Shown one piece after another: positions 1 to 10,271 of a stretch of 64,000 nt of DNA (its first letter is position 1; each line of letters opens with the position of its first letter). The notes below the pieces were generated by a model. It saw only the letters and a program-made list of their open reading frames with translations. It was not told the DNA's origin and searched no databases. Source of the DNA: Alphaproteobacteria bacterium (GTDB lineage Bacteria; Pseudomonadota; Alphaproteobacteria; Methylaequorales; Methylaequoraceae); contig JBJKUQ010000023.1 in NCBI GenBank assembly GCA_045563015.1, positions 5,030 to 69,029 on the forward strand. The letters run 5' to 3'. Position numbers and translations under genes: made by a program.

Positions 1-1
1 C

Positions 2-1804
2 TTGAATAATCTTGAAAACAAAGAAACTTTTGACAATAAAGAAAGAAAAAAAAAAGAAATTATAATTCCTGATTTAATTGCAGTCAGTGAGCTAGCATCA
101 AGAATGGCAGAAAAATCATCCTCATTAATAAAAACATTAATGAAACTTGGTGTAATGACGACATTAAATGAGACAATTGATGGTGATACAGCAGAACTTT
201 TAGTAATAGAACTAGGACATACACCAAAAAGGGTAAGTGAGTCAGACGTTGAATTAGGATTAGACGGAAAAAAAGATATAGAATCTGAGATGAAGTTACG
301 CCCTCCTGTTGTTACTATAATGGGACATGTTGACCATGGAAAAACCTCTATTTTAGATGCAATAAGACAAAAAAAAGTTGCCGCCTCTGAGGCCGGGGGA
401 ATAACTCAACACATAGGTTCATACATTGTTGAAACTAAAAAAGGAAAAAAAATTACATTTATTGATACACCTGGGCATGCTGCATTTAGTCAAATGAGAG
501 CAAGAGGTTCGAATATAACCGATATAATAATTTTAGTTGTTGCAGCAGATGATAGTGTTAATGAACAAACTATTGAAGCCATAAGCCATGCAAAGGCATC
601 AGGTTGTCCTATTGTCGTCGCTGTCAATAAGATTGATCTTGATACGGCAAACCCTCAAAAAGTTGAAAATGATTTGATGAAACATGAGATTATAAGTGAA
701 AAAATGGGGGGTGAAAATGTTTTTGTTAATGTCTCAGCAAAAACTAAAGAAGGATTAGACTCATTGCTCGAAGCAATTTTGCTACAATCAGAAATTTTAG
801 AATTAAAAGCAAATCCTTTAAGAAGTGGAGAAGGCTCGGTTATTGAATCGAAAGTTGAGAAAGGTAAAGGAACAGTAGTGTCTGTTTTAATACAAAAAGG
901 CACACTAAATGTTGGGGATATTGTTGTTGTTGGAAAAGAGTGGGGTAAAGTAAAAGCATTAAATGATGATCAAGGCAATAGATTAGAAAAAGCACTTCCT
1001 AGTTATCCAGTAGAGCTTGTAGGTCTTTCCGGAGCGCCTGAGTCAGGAGAAAAACTAGTAGTAGTTGATAGTGAGTCAAGAGCCAGAGAGGTAACTTTAT
1101 ATAGATCAAGAATAAAAAGAGTTGAAGAAAACTCACTAATTAAAAGAGTGTCTTTAGATCAGATGATGCAAGATGCTTCAGTGGAGAAAAAAGTTGAGGT
1201 ACCAATTATTGTTAAAGCTGACGTTCATGGCTCAAAAGAAGCAATTGAGCAAAGTTTGATTAAAATGGAATCAGAAAAAGTTGATTTAAAGATAATACAT
1301 TCTGGTGTAGGAGAAATCAATGAATCTGATGTAACTCTTGCTACAGCTTCAAACGCTAAAATATTTGGTTTCAATGTAAAGGCAAATGTTCAGGCTAAGA
1401 GTCTTTCAAAAAGAGAAAAGATCTCTATGAAGTATTTTTCAATAATATATGAAATTATTGATGAGGCAAAAAAGATAATAGAAGGATTATCTGAAGAGGA
1501 GTTTGTCGATGAGTTTATCGGTAAGGCGTTAATAAAAAAAGTTTTTGAGCTTTCTAATTCAACAAAGGTAGCAGGTTGCTTAGTTGAAGAGGGAAAAGTA
1601 ACTTCAAAATCATTAGCTAAAATTTATAGAAATGGTAATTTAGTTGATGAGGCTTTCGTTGAAAATTTAAAGAGAGAAAAAAATCAAGTAAAAGATGTTA
1701 TTTCTGGTTTAGAATGTGGCATAAGCTTCCAAAAGTTCAACGAAATTGAGGAAGGCGATAAGGCTGAGTTTTTTATAAGAGTTAAAAATGAGAAATCAAA
1801 ATGA
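2..1804 (+). CDS. infB: translation initiation factor IF-2, 5'-truncated at window edge
   Basis: GTPase motifs GHVDHGKT, DTPGH and NKID are present. It is followed by the canonical rbfA-truB-rpsO-pnp order. Confidence 0.97.
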   Translation: MNNLENKETFDNKERKKKEIIIPDLIAVSELASRMAEKSSSLIKTLMKLGVMTTLNETIDGDTAELLVIELGHTPKRVSESDVELGLDGKKDIESEMKLRPPVVTIMGHVDHGKTSILDAIRQKKVAASEAGGITQHIGSYIVETKKGKKITFIDTPGHAAFSQMRARGSNITDIIILVVAADDSVNEQTIEAISHAKASGCPIVVAVNKIDLDTANPQKVENDLMKHEIISEKMGGENVFVNVSAKTKEGLDSLLEAILLQSEILELKANPLRSGEGSVIESKVEKGKGTVVSVLIQKGTLNVGDIVVVGKEWGKVKALNDDQGNRLEKALPSYPVELVGLSGAPESGEKLVVVDSESRAREVTLYRSRIKRVEENSLIKRVSLDQMMQDASVEKKVEVPIIVKADVHGSKEAIEQSLIKMESEKVDLKIIHSGVGEINESDVTLATASNAKIFGFNVKANVQAKSLSKREKISMKYFSIIYEIIDEAKKIIEGLSEEEFVDEFIGKALIKKVFELSNSTKVAGCLVEEGKVTSKSLAKIYRNGNLVDEAFVENLKREKNQVKDVISGLECGISFQKFNEIEEGDKAEFFIRVKNEKSK

Positions 1805-2186
1805 TCTTAATCTCTATAAAATAAAAAAAGAGAGCCCAAGAACCCAAAAAATTAAACAATTAATCAAAAGGGTGCTCGGAGAGATATTCGTTTCTCATGA
1901 TTTTAGAAATTCAAAAGGTAAATCTTTAATTATATTTATCGATGATGTTGCTCTCTCCAGAGATATCAGGACAGCTAATGTTTTCGTGACCAATTTTTCT
2001 AAGAATGAAAAAATTACCGATGAGGAAATTTTGAAATCAATTGATGATAATATCCTTAAGATTAAAAGAGAATTCTCTAAAAAAATTGATTTGCGCTATA
2101 CTCCAAAATTAAAATTTAGAACTGATAGTCAAAGAAATAAATCTTTTAGGTTAGATGAACTAATTAACAATCTTTCAAAGAATTAA
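1788..2186 (+). CDS. rbfA: ribosome-binding factor A
   Basis: 132-aa ORF directly after infB, overlapping it by 17 nt. Size and position are typical of RbfA. Confidence 0.85.
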   Translation: MRNQNDLNLYKIKKESPRTQKIKQLIKRVLGEIFVSHDFRNSKGKSLIIFIDDVALSRDIRTANVFVTNFSKNEKITDEEILKSIDDNILKIKREFSKKIDLRYTPKLKFRTDSQRNKSFRLDELINNLSKN

Positions 2187-2194
2187 TTATATAT

Positions 2195-3130
2195 ATGATT
2201 AATAATTGTTATAACGGATGGATTTTTATTGATAAACCAATTGGAGCTTCTTCTAATTACATTTTACAAAAGGTTAGAAAAATTTTTGGTAATATTAAAG
2301 CAGGATACGTTGGAACTTTAGACCCACTTGCTTCAGGATTTTTACCTATTGCCTTAGGTAGTGCAACCAAGACAATTAAGCTTATTGAGGATTCTTGTAA
2401 AGAATATATTTTTGAGGTTAAATGGGGAGAATCTTCAATGACTGGTGACCTTGAAGGTGAGCTAAAAGAAAAAACAAAAATTATACCTAATGAAAATGAA
2501 ATCAGAGAAACAATCGACAACTTTGTAGGTATTTATCATCAAACTCCTCCTAAATTTTCTTCAAAAAAAATTAATGGCTTACGTGCTTACAAGCTTGCAA
2601 AAAAAAAAATAAATTTTGAGCTAAAAAAAGAAAGAAAAAAAATTTATGATTTGAAAATAGTTAATTTAGTTTCAAAAGCAAAAGCAAGTTTTTTTGTAAA
2701 GTGTAGCTCTGGTACTTATGTAAGAAGTCTTGCAGAGGATATCGCGAAATATATGAAAACATATGGGGTTGTTACTTCGCTTAGGAGAGTTGGATTTGGA
2801 AATTTTGATAAAAAACTTATTTCACTAGATTATTTATTAAGTTTAGTGCATATTGAGGATCTTTTAGGTGTTGTAAAACCACTTAATTTAGTTTTTAATG
2901 AATTTAATCAAATTTGCTTAGATGAAAATGAGGTAGACCACATATTGAATGGAAGACCAGTAAAAATGAAAAATGGTTTAGAAAATGATAATAACTTATA
3001 TAAGGGATATACATTCGCTAAGTTTAAAGACGTCATTATAGCCGTCGGATATTTGAAGGATAAAAGTTTTTACCCCAAAAATCTGCTAAATAACTTTTTG
3101 TCTGAAAGGAATCAAAATAATGTCAAATAA
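2195..3130 (+). CDS. truB: tRNA pseudouridine(55) synthase
   Basis: N-terminal motif GWIFIDKPIGASS...GYVGTLDPLASG contains the catalytic Asp. Operon context fits. Confidence 0.93.
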   Translation: MINNCYNGWIFIDKPIGASSNYILQKVRKIFGNIKAGYVGTLDPLASGFLPIALGSATKTIKLIEDSCKEYIFEVKWGESSMTGDLEGELKEKTKIIPNENEIRETIDNFVGIYHQTPPKFSSKKINGLRAYKLAKKKINFELKKERKKIYDLKIVNLVSKAKASFFVKCSSGTYVRSLAEDIAKYMKTYGVVTSLRRVGFGNFDKKLISLDYLLSLVHIEDLLGVVKPLNLVFNEFNQICLDENEVDHILNGRPVKMKNGLENDNNLYKGYTFAKFKDVIIAVGYLKDKSFYPKNLLNNFLSERNQNNVK

Positions 3131-3362
3131 AGAAACTACAAAAAAATCTGAAAGTACTGGTACTAGTGAATTTCAAATTACTAATTTCACTACGAGAATT
3201 AAGCAACTTACAGAACATTTAAAAATTAATAAGAAAGATGAAAATACTCGAAGAGGATTAATGAAAATGGTTGGAAAGAGAAAAAAACTTTTGAACTATG
3301 TTAAGAAAAAAAGTAACGATAAGTATGAAGCGATCATTAAATCTCTTGGACTAAGACGTTAA
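3120..3362 (+). CDS. rpsO: 30S ribosomal protein S15
   Basis: Conserved [25 protein letters not shown] segment. It sits between truB and pnp. Confidence 0.95.
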   Translation: MSNKETTKKSESTGTSEFQITNFTTRIKQLTEHLKINKKDENTRRGLMKMVGKRKKLLNYVKKKSNDKYEAIIKSLGLRR

Positions 3363-3379
3363 AAAATACAGGAGGTTAT

Positions 3380-5449
3380 ATGTTTAAATCATCGAGCGTT
3401 CAGTTAGACTGGCAGGGTCTAAATTTAAAACTAGAAACAGGAATAATTGCAAGGCAAGCAGACGGTGCTGTTTTAGCAACATTGGGTTCAACAAGTGTCC
3501 TGTGTACAGTTACTGCTGCAAGGACTGCTGACTATGGAAAAGATTTCTTTCCGCTTTCAGTTCATTATATAGAAAAGGCCTATTCAGCGGGAAAAATTCC
3601 AGGAGGGTTTTTCAAGAGAGAAGCTAGGCCATCTGAAATTGAAATTTTAAATTCAAGGTTGATAGATAGGCCAATTAGACCACTTTTTCATAAAGATTTT
3701 AAGAATGAAACACAGGTCATATGTACTGTTATAAATTATGATGGGGAAAATGATCCATCCATTTGTGCACTGATAGGTGCTTCAGCTGCGATTACCATAG
3801 CAGGCCTCCCATTTTTAGGTCCAATTGCAGCGGCAAGAGTTGGATACAGTGACGGAGAATTTATTCTTAATCCAACAAAAGAAGAATTAAACGACACGGA
3901 ACTTGACCTTGTGGTAGCAGGAACAAAAGGAGGAGTGCTAATGGTTGAGTCAGAAGCAAAAGAACTTCCTGAAGATATAATGTTAGGTGCAGTTCAATTT
4001 GGTTTTAATGAATTTCAATGTGTTATAGATAAGATTATTGAATTGGCTGAGAAAGCAGCTAAAGATTCATGGATAATTGAAAAAAAAGACAAACCAAAAT
4101 ATTTTAAAGATCTTGAAAAAATTGCAAAAACTAAATTTGAGCCATTGTATAAAATCAAAGAAAAAAAGAAAAGAAATGACTCATTAAATGATGCTCGATC
4201 CAAAATATTAGAATCTTTTGAAATCGCGGAGGAAGATGCACAAGTTGTGAATGATTTTGTAAAGAATGTTGAGAAGGATATTGTTAGAGGTTCAATTTTG
4301 AAGACCGAAAAGAGAATTGATGGGCGAACTCTCGACACTGTTCGTGATATTGATGTTAGGGTTGATATTTTGAATAATGTACATGGAAGTGCCTTGTTTA
4401 CTCGAGGAGAAACCCAGGCATTGGTTACAACTACTTTAGGAACTAGTTCCGATGAACAGATGCTCGACACATTGGACGGGGATAAAAAAGAAAAATTTCT
4501 TTTGCATTATAACTTTCCACCGTTTTCTGTTGGTGAGGTAGGTAGAATTGGTTCAACGGGTAGAAGAGAAGTTGGGCACGGAAAACTAGCATGGAGGGCA
4601 ATTAACCCTATATTAAGAAAGGTTAATGATTTCCCTTACACTCTTCGAGTTGTATCAGAAATCACTGAATCAAATGGATCATCATCTATGGCAACAGTAT
4701 GCGGAACCTCCTTATCATTAATGGATGCTGGTGTACCAATTGAGAAATCTGTTGCTGGTGTAGCAATGGGTTTGATAAAAGAAGCCGAAAAATTTGTTGT
4801 GTTGACAGATATTTTAGGTGATGAGGATCATTTGGGTGATATGGACTTTAAAGTTGCTGGAACAACTGATGGAATAACATCATTACAAATGGATATAAAG
4901 GTGGATGGAATTACTCAAGAAATAATGGATGTAGCTTTATCTAAAGCCTTAAAAGCAAGAAAAACCATCTTAAGTGAGATGGACAAGGTTATAAAAAAGC
5001 CAAGGGAAACTACAAAACCTCATGCTCCAAGAATAATTAATATTAAGATTAATAAATCTAAGATTAGAGAAGTTATTGGCTCTGGTGGTAAAGTTATAAA
5101 AGACATATGTGAAAAGTCAGGTGCAAAAGTAGAAATAGATGATGACGGATTAATATCAGTTTTTGCTTCAAAGCTTGAGGAAGTTGAGATAGCTAAAGAA
5201 ATGATTAATGATATTGTTGCTGAACCAGAAATTGGAAAAATTTACGAAGGTAAAGTTGTTAAAACAACTGATTTTGGCGCTTTTGTTAATTTTCTTGGTT
5301 CCAAAGATGGTCTAGTCCATATTAGCCAATTAAAAGAGGAGAGAGTTGAAAAGACGACTGATGTGGTAAATGAAGGTGACCAAGTTAAGGTAAAAGTAAT
5401 TGGTATTGATGATAGAGGAAAGGTAAAGTTAAGCATTAAAGACGTTTGA
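3380..5449 (+). CDS. pnp: polynucleotide phosphorylase
   Basis: 689 aa with two RNase PH domains plus KH and S1 domains (C-terminal [18 protein letters not shown]). A GGAGG-like RBS lies upstream. Confidence 0.97.
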   Translation: MFKSSSVQLDWQGLNLKLETGIIARQADGAVLATLGSTSVLCTVTAARTADYGKDFFPLSVHYIEKAYSAGKIPGGFFKREARPSEIEILNSRLIDRPIRPLFHKDFKNETQVICTVINYDGENDPSICALIGASAAITIAGLPFLGPIAAARVGYSDGEFILNPTKEELNDTELDLVVAGTKGGVLMVESEAKELPEDIMLGAVQFGFNEFQCVIDKIIELAEKAAKDSWIIEKKDKPKYFKDLEKIAKTKFEPLYKIKEKKKRNDSLNDARSKILESFEIAEEDAQVVNDFVKNVEKDIVRGSILKTEKRIDGRTLDTVRDIDVRVDILNNVHGSALFTRGETQALVTTTLGTSSDEQMLDTLDGDKKEKFLLHYNFPPFSVGEVGRIGSTGRREVGHGKLAWRAINPILRKVNDFPYTLRVVSEITESNGSSSMATVCGTSLSLMDAGVPIEKSVAGVAMGLIKEAEKFVVLTDILGDEDHLGDMDFKVAGTTDGITSLQMDIKVDGITQEIMDVALSKALKARKTILSEMDKVIKKPRETTKPHAPRIINIKINKSKIREVIGSGGKVIKDICEKSGAKVEIDDDGLISVFASKLEEVEIAKEMINDIVAEPEIGKIYEGKVVKTTDFGAFVNFLGSKDGLVHISQLKEERVEKTTDVVNEGDQVKVKVIGIDDRGKVKLSIKDV

Positions 5450-5450
5450 T

Positions 5451-6851
5451 ATGAAAAAAATAGATTCTATCATTTTGTCAGGTAAAGAATCTTTACCATT
5501 AATAGAAGGTGGTAAAGGCATTGCTATTACTAGTGGAGAAAGCTCTGGGGCCTGGGCTAAAGCAGGCGGAGTTGGAACTTTTTCTGGTGTAAATGCAGAT
5601 TCTTACGATGAAGATGGTAACATAATTCCCCAAGTTTATAAGCAGAAAACAAGAAAAGGTAGGCACAGAGAATTAGTTGATTTTTCCGTTTCTGGTGCAA
5701 TTGAACAAGCAAGAATTGCAAGAGATATTGCGGGGCCCAAAGCCCCAATTCATATTAATATATTGTGGGAGATGGCTGGGGCAGAAGAAATATTATCTAG
5801 AACCCTTGAGAAAGCTAGTAATATAATTGACGGTGTAACTTGTGGAGCAGGGATGCCATATAAACTCTCTGAGATTGCTGCAAGTTTTGGAATTTATTAC
5901 TACCCTATTGTTTCCTCTGCAAGAGCATTTAATGCACTTTGGAAGAGATCATATAAAAAAACCTCAGAATTTTTAGGTGGAGTTGTATATGAAGACCCAT
6001 GGTTAGCTGGAGGGCATAATGGTTTATCAAATAGTGAAGATCCATTAAAACCACAAGCTCCATATCCAAGAGTAAAAGAACTAAGGTCATTGATGAACCA
6101 ATTTGGTTTAAATGAAACTCCGATAATAATGGCTGGTGGAGTTTGGCAATTAAGTGAATGGTCTGATTGGATTGGAAACAAAGAAATAGGCAAGATTGCT
6201 TTTCAATTTGGAACAAGGCCACTGTTAACAGAGGAAAGTCCAATTCCAAATGCATGGAAAAAGAAACTTTTAACTATAAAAAAAGGAGAAGTTAGTCTTC
6301 ATAAATTTAGTCCAACTGGGTTTTATTCTTCTGCTGTAAATAATGATTTTCTCCTTGAACTTGAACAAAGATCAAAAAGACAGACTCCTTTTTTAAAAGA
6401 ACAAACAAATGAGTTCAATGAAAAGATTGAGATAGGCCCAAGAAATAGAGCATTTTATGTAAAACACTCTGACAAATCAAAGATTATTGAGTGGATTAAA
6501 AAAGGTTTTTCAAAGCCAATGACAACACCAAACAATACATTAATTTGGGTAACTATTAAAAAAGCTAGTCAAATAGTTAAGGATCAAATTGATTGTATGG
6601 GGTGTCTTTCACAGTGCCTTTTTAGTAATTGGTCTCAAGATGAGAAAGGTTCAACTGGTAAAAAGGCTGACCCTCGATCATTCTGTATTCAGAAGACTTT
6701 ACAAAGAATAAGTCATGGAATATCAAGTCTCGAGAATGAACTAATGTTTGCTGGTCATTCGGTGTATCGATTTGCGTTGGACCCGTTTTATAAAGGTGGT
6801 TTTGTTCCCAAGGTTAATCAACTAATTGATAGAATTATGAAGGGATTGTAA
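5451..6851 (+). CDS. NAD(P)H-dependent flavin oxidoreductase, nitronate monooxygenase (NMO)-like family
   Basis: TIM-barrel NMO-like pattern (GGKGIAITS...GVTCGAGMP...IIMAGGV). At 466 aa it is longer than typical NMOs. Confidence 0.55.
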   Translation: MKKIDSIILSGKESLPLIEGGKGIAITSGESSGAWAKAGGVGTFSGVNADSYDEDGNIIPQVYKQKTRKGRHRELVDFSVSGAIEQARIARDIAGPKAPIHINILWEMAGAEEILSRTLEKASNIIDGVTCGAGMPYKLSEIAASFGIYYYPIVSSARAFNALWKRSYKKTSEFLGGVVYEDPWLAGGHNGLSNSEDPLKPQAPYPRVKELRSLMNQFGLNETPIIMAGGVWQLSEWSDWIGNKEIGKIAFQFGTRPLLTEESPIPNAWKKKLLTIKKGEVSLHKFSPTGFYSSAVNNDFLLELEQRSKRQTPFLKEQTNEFNEKIEIGPRNRAFYVKHSDKSKIIEWIKKGFSKPMTTPNNTLIWVTIKKASQIVKDQIDCMGCLSQCLFSNWSQDEKGSTGKKADPRSFCIQKTLQRISHGISSLENELMFAGHSVYRFALDPFYKGGFVPKVNQLIDRIMKGL

Positions 6852-6880
6852 TATTCAATTTTTTTTATTATCTTAAAAGA

Positions 6881-7294
6881 ATGAAAAATAAAAGCTATGT
6901 TCAAAAAGCAATCGGTAAACTTAAAAAATCCCCCCTTAAGCTTACTAGACAAAGACTTCGATTGATTGAAATTCTTTTCAAGAATGGAGACTGTCATTTC
7001 ACAGTTGAAGATGTTTTCAACGAAGTTGAAAAAAATGGTTTTAAAATATCATTAGCTACGATTTATAATTGTTTAAATCAGTTTACCCGGTATAAATTAT
7101 TGCAATCAGTTAAAGTTTCAAATGATAAAATTTATTTTGATACAAATGTTGATAAACATCATCACTTTTTTTGTAAAAGCACAGAAAAAATTAGTGATAT
7201 AAAGTCATCCGATGTTTTGATTTCAAAGTTTCCTAAACTTCCGAAAGGCAAAAAACTTGAATCTATTGAAGTCGTAATTAATATCACTAAGTGA
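6881..7294 (+). CDS. Fur-family metalloregulator (Fur/PerR/Irr-like)
   Basis: Winged-helix segment LTRQRLRLIEIL...ATIYNCLNQF and an HHHFFC metal-site motif. It lacks the CxxC pair of classical Fur. Confidence 0.8.
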   Translation: MKNKSYVQKAIGKLKKSPLKLTRQRLRLIEILFKNGDCHFTVEDVFNEVEKNGFKISLATIYNCLNQFTRYKLLQSVKVSNDKIYFDTNVDKHHHFFCKSTEKISDIKSSDVLISKFPKLPKGKKLESIEVVINITK

Positions 7295-7311
7295 TATTAA
7301 TTATTATTATC
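7293..7311. promoter_or_regulatory. Fur-box-like AT-rich operator candidate upstream of rubrerythrin
   Basis: gatattaattattattatc matches 15 of 19 positions of the GATAATGATAATCATTATC consensus by eye. A TTGAAG-17-TATTAT promoter-like pair follows at about 7339-7367. Chance matches are likely in AT-rich DNA. Confidence 0.25.
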
Positions 7312-7395
7312 TTAAATTAGAATCTTTCTAAATTATTATTGAAGTATCAATAAATTTTTATTATTATGAATTATAACATTATATGGAGAGAAACT

Positions 7396-7812
7396 ATGTC
7401 ATTAAAAGGAAGTAAAACTGAAGAGAATTTGAAAGCGGCATTTGCTGGAGAGTCTCAGGCTAATAGGAGATATTTATATTTTGCACAGAAAGCAGATGTT
7501 GAGGGTCATAACGATGTTGCAGCGGTCTTTCGTTCCACTGCAGAAGGCGAAACTGGTCATGCTCATGGACACCTTGAATTTTTAGAAGAAGTTGGAGATC
7601 CCGCAACTGGTGAACCAATTGGTAATACTTCAGAAAATTTAAAAGCAGCCATTGCCGGTGAAACTCATGAATATACAGATATGTACCCGGGTATGGCAAA
7701 AACAGCCCGAGACGAAGGCTTTGAGGAAATTGCAGATTGGTTTGAAACTCTTGCAAAAGCAGAAAAGTCTCATGCCGGAAAATTTCAACGCACGCTTGAC
7801 GAAATGGTTTAA
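7396..7812 (+). CDS. rubrerythrin-family diiron protein without a rubredoxin domain
   Basis: [22 protein letters not shown] and ExxH diiron motifs ([16 protein letters not shown]). I prefer the ATG at 7396 because it follows a GGAGAG RBS. The ORF track starts at 7366. Confidence 0.9.
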   Translation: MSLKGSKTEENLKAAFAGESQANRRYLYFAQKADVEGHNDVAAVFRSTAEGETGHAHGHLEFLEEVGDPATGEPIGNTSENLKAAIAGETHEYTDMYPGMAKTARDEGFEEIADWFETLAKAEKSHAGKFQRTLDEMV

Positions 7813-7820
7813 CAATATTT

Positions 7821-7840
7821 AAGGGGGTTAATACCCCCTT
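7821..7840 (+). terminator. GC-rich hairpin (aagggggt-taat-accccctt) followed by a T-rich stretch
   Basis: Perfect 8-bp stem 9 nt after the rubrerythrin stop. It is conspicuous in an AT-rich background and lies inside an apparent functional cluster. Confidence 0.5.
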
Positions 7841-7862
7841 AGAATTTATTCGGTAAATATTT

Positions 7863-9203
7863 ATGAGCATTAAAGAAGGTAGTTTGGGTGCACCAACTCG
7901 GCATCCAATTGATTGGGAAAATCCGAATTTTCTCAATGAAGAACTTGTTGACGACGAATTAAGAAGAGTCTTCGATATATGTCATGGTTGTAGACGTTGC
8001 TTTAATTTGTGCGAAAGTTTTCCTAAACTCTTTGACTTTATCGATGAATCAAAAACAGGTGAACTTGACTCAGTATCGAGTGATTCTTTTAAAGATGTTG
8101 TTGAAGCTTGTACACTATGTGACATGTGTTTTTTGACAAAATGCCCATATGTACCTCCGCATGAATTCAATATTGATTTTCCTCACCTTATGCTTCGTTA
8201 TAGAGCACTTGAGAGAAAAAAAAATAATCACAATAAAATTGATGATCAATTAACAAAAACTGATAGAAATGGAAAATTTTTCTCAAAATTTTCTAACCTA
8301 ACTAATTGGTCAACTAAAACCACTAATAAAATTACTAGACCAATTATGGAGCTATTACTAAAAATTGATAAAGAGGCGGAACTGCCTAAATTTTACAAAA
8401 AAACTTTAATGGATACAATTAGTAATAATTCAAATAAGGTGCAAAAAATAAACACAAAGCAAAAAGTAGCCATATTTCCTACTTGTTTTATAAATTATAA
8501 TAACCCTGATCTAGGGTTATCAACAAAAAAAATATTAGATAAACTTAATATTGAGAATAAATTCGTATACGATGGCTGTTGTGGCATGCCGCAACTTGAG
8601 GGTGGAGACATAAAATCTGTTACAAATAAAGCAATACAAACAAGTAGGAAATTAAAAAAATTAATTGCAGATGGTTATATAATTATAACTTTGGTGCCAT
8701 CATGTAGTTTAATGTTTAAATTTGAATGGCCATTACTGGTACCTGAAAATGATGACGTTAAATTATTATCTCTTAATACAAAAGATATTTGTGAATTTCT
8801 TGTTGATCAATTTCAGGAAGAAAATTCAAGAAAACTTCTTAATCCAGTCCAAGAGGATAACAATGTATCTTTGCACATTTCTTGTCATTCTCGCGCACAG
8901 AATATTGGACAAAAAGCAACAGAACTTTTAAGACTAGTTCCAGGATTAAACATAGATGTTATTGAGAGATGTTCAGGTCATGGTGGGTCCTGGGGTGTTA
9001 AAAAAGATAATTTCGAAATGGCACTTAAGGTTGGAAAGCCGGTTGCCAGAAAAGCTATTCAAAATGAAAATAAAGTATTGATTTCTGAATGCCCATTAGC
9101 TGGAACTCATATTAAACAAGGGATGGACAAGATTAACAAAAATAATGAAGTAAAAGTTCTCTCTCATCCTCTTGAAATTATTGAAATGTCAATCAATATA
9201 TAA
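7863..9203 (+). CDS. (Fe-S)-binding oxidoreductase, HdrD/GlpC/GlcF-like with two CCG domains
   Basis: Two ferredoxin-type clusters (CHGCRRCFNLC, CTLCDMCFLTKCP) and two Cys-rich CCG-type repeats (FPTCF...CCGMP, SCHS...CSGHGG). Confidence 0.8.
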   Translation: MSIKEGSLGAPTRHPIDWENPNFLNEELVDDELRRVFDICHGCRRCFNLCESFPKLFDFIDESKTGELDSVSSDSFKDVVEACTLCDMCFLTKCPYVPPHEFNIDFPHLMLRYRALERKKNNHNKIDDQLTKTDRNGKFFSKFSNLTNWSTKTTNKITRPIMELLLKIDKEAELPKFYKKTLMDTISNNSNKVQKINTKQKVAIFPTCFINYNNPDLGLSTKKILDKLNIENKFVYDGCCGMPQLEGGDIKSVTNKAIQTSRKLKKLIADGYIIITLVPSCSLMFKFEWPLLVPENDDVKLLSLNTKDICEFLVDQFQEENSRKLLNPVQEDNNVSLHISCHSRAQNIGQKATELLRLVPGLNIDVIERCSGHGGSWGVKKDNFEMALKVGKPVARKAIQNENKVLISECPLAGTHIKQGMDKINKNNEVKVLSHPLEIIEMSINI

Positions 9204-9214
9204 ATCGGGTATTT

Positions 9215-9805
9215 ATGAAAAAATTTGAAATAGATAAAACGGATGTAATTGATATAGATAACTACATCATCAAAAGAGATGAAATCAAAAAAGATATTTC
9301 TAATATTAAAAAAAATCGTAGAGTCCAGGTTGGACCATATTCGACTTTTTATTTTGAATGTTATGATACAATGATCTATCAAGTTCAGGAGATGCTGTAT
9401 ATTGAAAGAGGTGGAATTGAACAAATGAAGGATGAGATAAAAGCATATAACCCATTGGTACCTAAAGGAAAGGAACTAGTTGCAACATTAATGTTTGAAA
9501 TCGATAATGAAATTAGACGCAAAGAGTTCCTAAGTTCAATTGGTGGTATCGAAAATAAAACATTCCTTCAAGTTGGCAATGATATTATTTACTCTAGACC
9601 AGAAGATGATACAGAAAGAACCAATGAAGATGGTAAGGCATCGTCAGTTCATTTTGTTCACTTTGATTTTACAGACGATCAGATTCTAAAATTTAAAGAT
9701 ATCAACTTTAAAATTATGCTTGGTTTTGATCATAAAAATTATAAACATTTAAGTGAGCTATCTTCTGAAACTAAAGAAGCCCTTTTTGATGATTTTAACA
9801 TTTAA
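9215..9805 (+). CDS. DUF3501-family protein (uncharacterised)
   Basis: 196 aa. Size and context (after rubrerythrin and the HdrD-like Fe-S protein) match my recollection of the DUF3501 neighbourhood. Not verified by search. Confidence 0.5.
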   Translation: MKKFEIDKTDVIDIDNYIIKRDEIKKDISNIKKNRRVQVGPYSTFYFECYDTMIYQVQEMLYIERGGIEQMKDEIKAYNPLVPKGKELVATLMFEIDNEIRRKEFLSSIGGIENKTFLQVGNDIIYSRPEDDTERTNEDGKASSVHFVHFDFTDDQILKFKDINFKIMLGFDHKNYKHLSELSSETKEALFDDFNI

Positions 9806-9806
9806 T

Positions 9807-10271
9807 TTATTCAACACCCCATAAATTAATTTTTGAAACCCAACCAGTAATTTCCTCATTTGTCACCTTGCACCATAAATCCCTGCATTTTAAAATACGT
9901 AATATAAAATTATCTTTAACATATGCTAAAGTCTTTGACTTATAGGATGGAAATTTATGTATTTCTTGAGAGGATTTTAAAGTAATTGCATAACTATCAT
10001 TATTTAGTTGAGTTTTGGAAATCCAGCCTGTTCTATCTTTATAATCTATTATCCTTAACCAATCTTCAAATCTTTCAATGGTCAATAAAGGATAACCTTT
10101 TCTCAATATTTTAAAAACAATTAGATTATCTAGTCCAGGACCATTTCTAACATTAACTTCATTATATTTAGTTGTTAAAAAATATTTTTTTTTCAGAGCA
10201 TCAAAACTTTCGGATGGTATAATGAAGATACAAATGAAAAGTGCTAACTTAAAAAATTCCTTGATTCTCAT
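9807..10271 (-). CDS. secreted bacterial SH3-like domain protein (DUF1058-like)
   Basis: N-terminal signal peptide, then two V.VR.GPG...GW repeats typical of alphaproteobacterial SH3-like proteins. Confidence 0.65.
   Translation of the reverse strand: MRIKEFFKLALFICIFIIPSESFDALKKKYFLTTKYNEVNVRNGPGLDNLIVFKILRKGYPLLTIERFEDWLRIIDYKDRTGWISKTQLNNDSYAITLKSSQEIHKFPSYKSKTLAYVKDNFILRILKCRDLWCKVTNEEITGWVSKINLWGVE

Noticed and set aside
7396-7812. Rubrerythrin (and also ahcY, 49230..50516) looks visibly more GC-rich than its surroundings, which could hint at horizontal transfer
   Set aside because: Both are highly conserved, probably highly expressed proteins whose amino-acid composition constrains GC. 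There are no flanking mobility genes, tRNA-adjacent insertion scars or repeats. I did not compute composition, so I make no HGT claim.
7460-7936. 158-aa minus-strand ORF antisense to rubrerythrin. Other antisense or out-of-frame track ORFs fall in the same class: 655..903, 2257..2520, 4015..4470, 5557..6255, 8722..8931, 12165..12452, 14540..14830, 20861..21217, 21757..22104, 30832..31290, 41936..42274, 46767..47153, 48428..48936, 49472..50059, 56287..56577, 56944..57447 and 59173..59609.
   Set aside because: Each lies fully inside a strongly supported conserved gene on the other strand or in another frame, and none shows a family signature. I treat them as non-coding shadows.
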